DNA of 64,000 nucleotides from Rhizodiscina lignyota (Eukaryota): NCBI GenBank assembly GCA_010015805.1, contig ML978121.1, positions 2,046,001 to 2,110,000 of the forward strand, read 5' to 3'. Shown piece by piece: positions 63,720 to 64,000 of this stretch (position 1 is its first letter; each line of letters starts with the position of its first letter). The notes under the pieces were generated by a model. It saw only the letters and a program-made list of their open reading frames with translations, ran no database searches and was not told where the DNA came from. The position numbers and the translations under genes were made by a program.

Positions 63720-64000
63720 TAGCATTCCCCTTTCATCTTGCTTGGCATGCTTTGAGGAGACTCTCGATGCAATTGCGTCTAGGCCGGGCAGAGATCCCTC
63801 TCTGGTTCTGACATATCTCCTCCTATTGTAACAGCTTCGCAAATGACATTCTGCCGTAATGTCTAGCAAAAGCTCTGTGTTTCTTTCCTTTCTTTGGAGA
63901 GCAGTCTTGTGGCACGATAGATCTGGAAGTTACACTCCTTAGCCAATGTTGTTTTAGTGGACATGATATAAAATGAATCAATATCGTATGCACAATCAAC

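Overview
Eukaryotic DNA from a filamentous ascomycete (Pezizomycotina), with short GT-AG introns and CTRAC/CTAAC branch sites. No rRNA, tRNA, CRISPR array or intact transposon was recognised. Recognisable genes are an AA11-type LPMO, a short-chain dehydrogenase, the TOK1 K+ channel, a DED1/Vasa-like DEAD-box helicase, 2-hydroxyacyl-CoA lyase, a HET-domain protein, a GNAT, PRP21, a small mitochondrial membrane protein, ISD11, ERF2, PMT1, an M20 amidohydrolase, AIM11 and a secreted Thr-rich protein. The main observation is that five apparently orphan ORFs between 26.5 and 38.9 kb share four colinear motifs, found by manual alignment. They appear to be highly diverged paralogs of one uncharacterised helical domain. 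One is interrupted by a stop codon, one has a minisatellite in its 5' leader, and a possible sixth member lies at 56 kb. The cluster surrounds the HET-domain gene and abuts the Vasa-like helicase, which suggests an undescribed allorecognition or genetic-conflict locus (inference). All family assignments are from motif recognition, not database searches.
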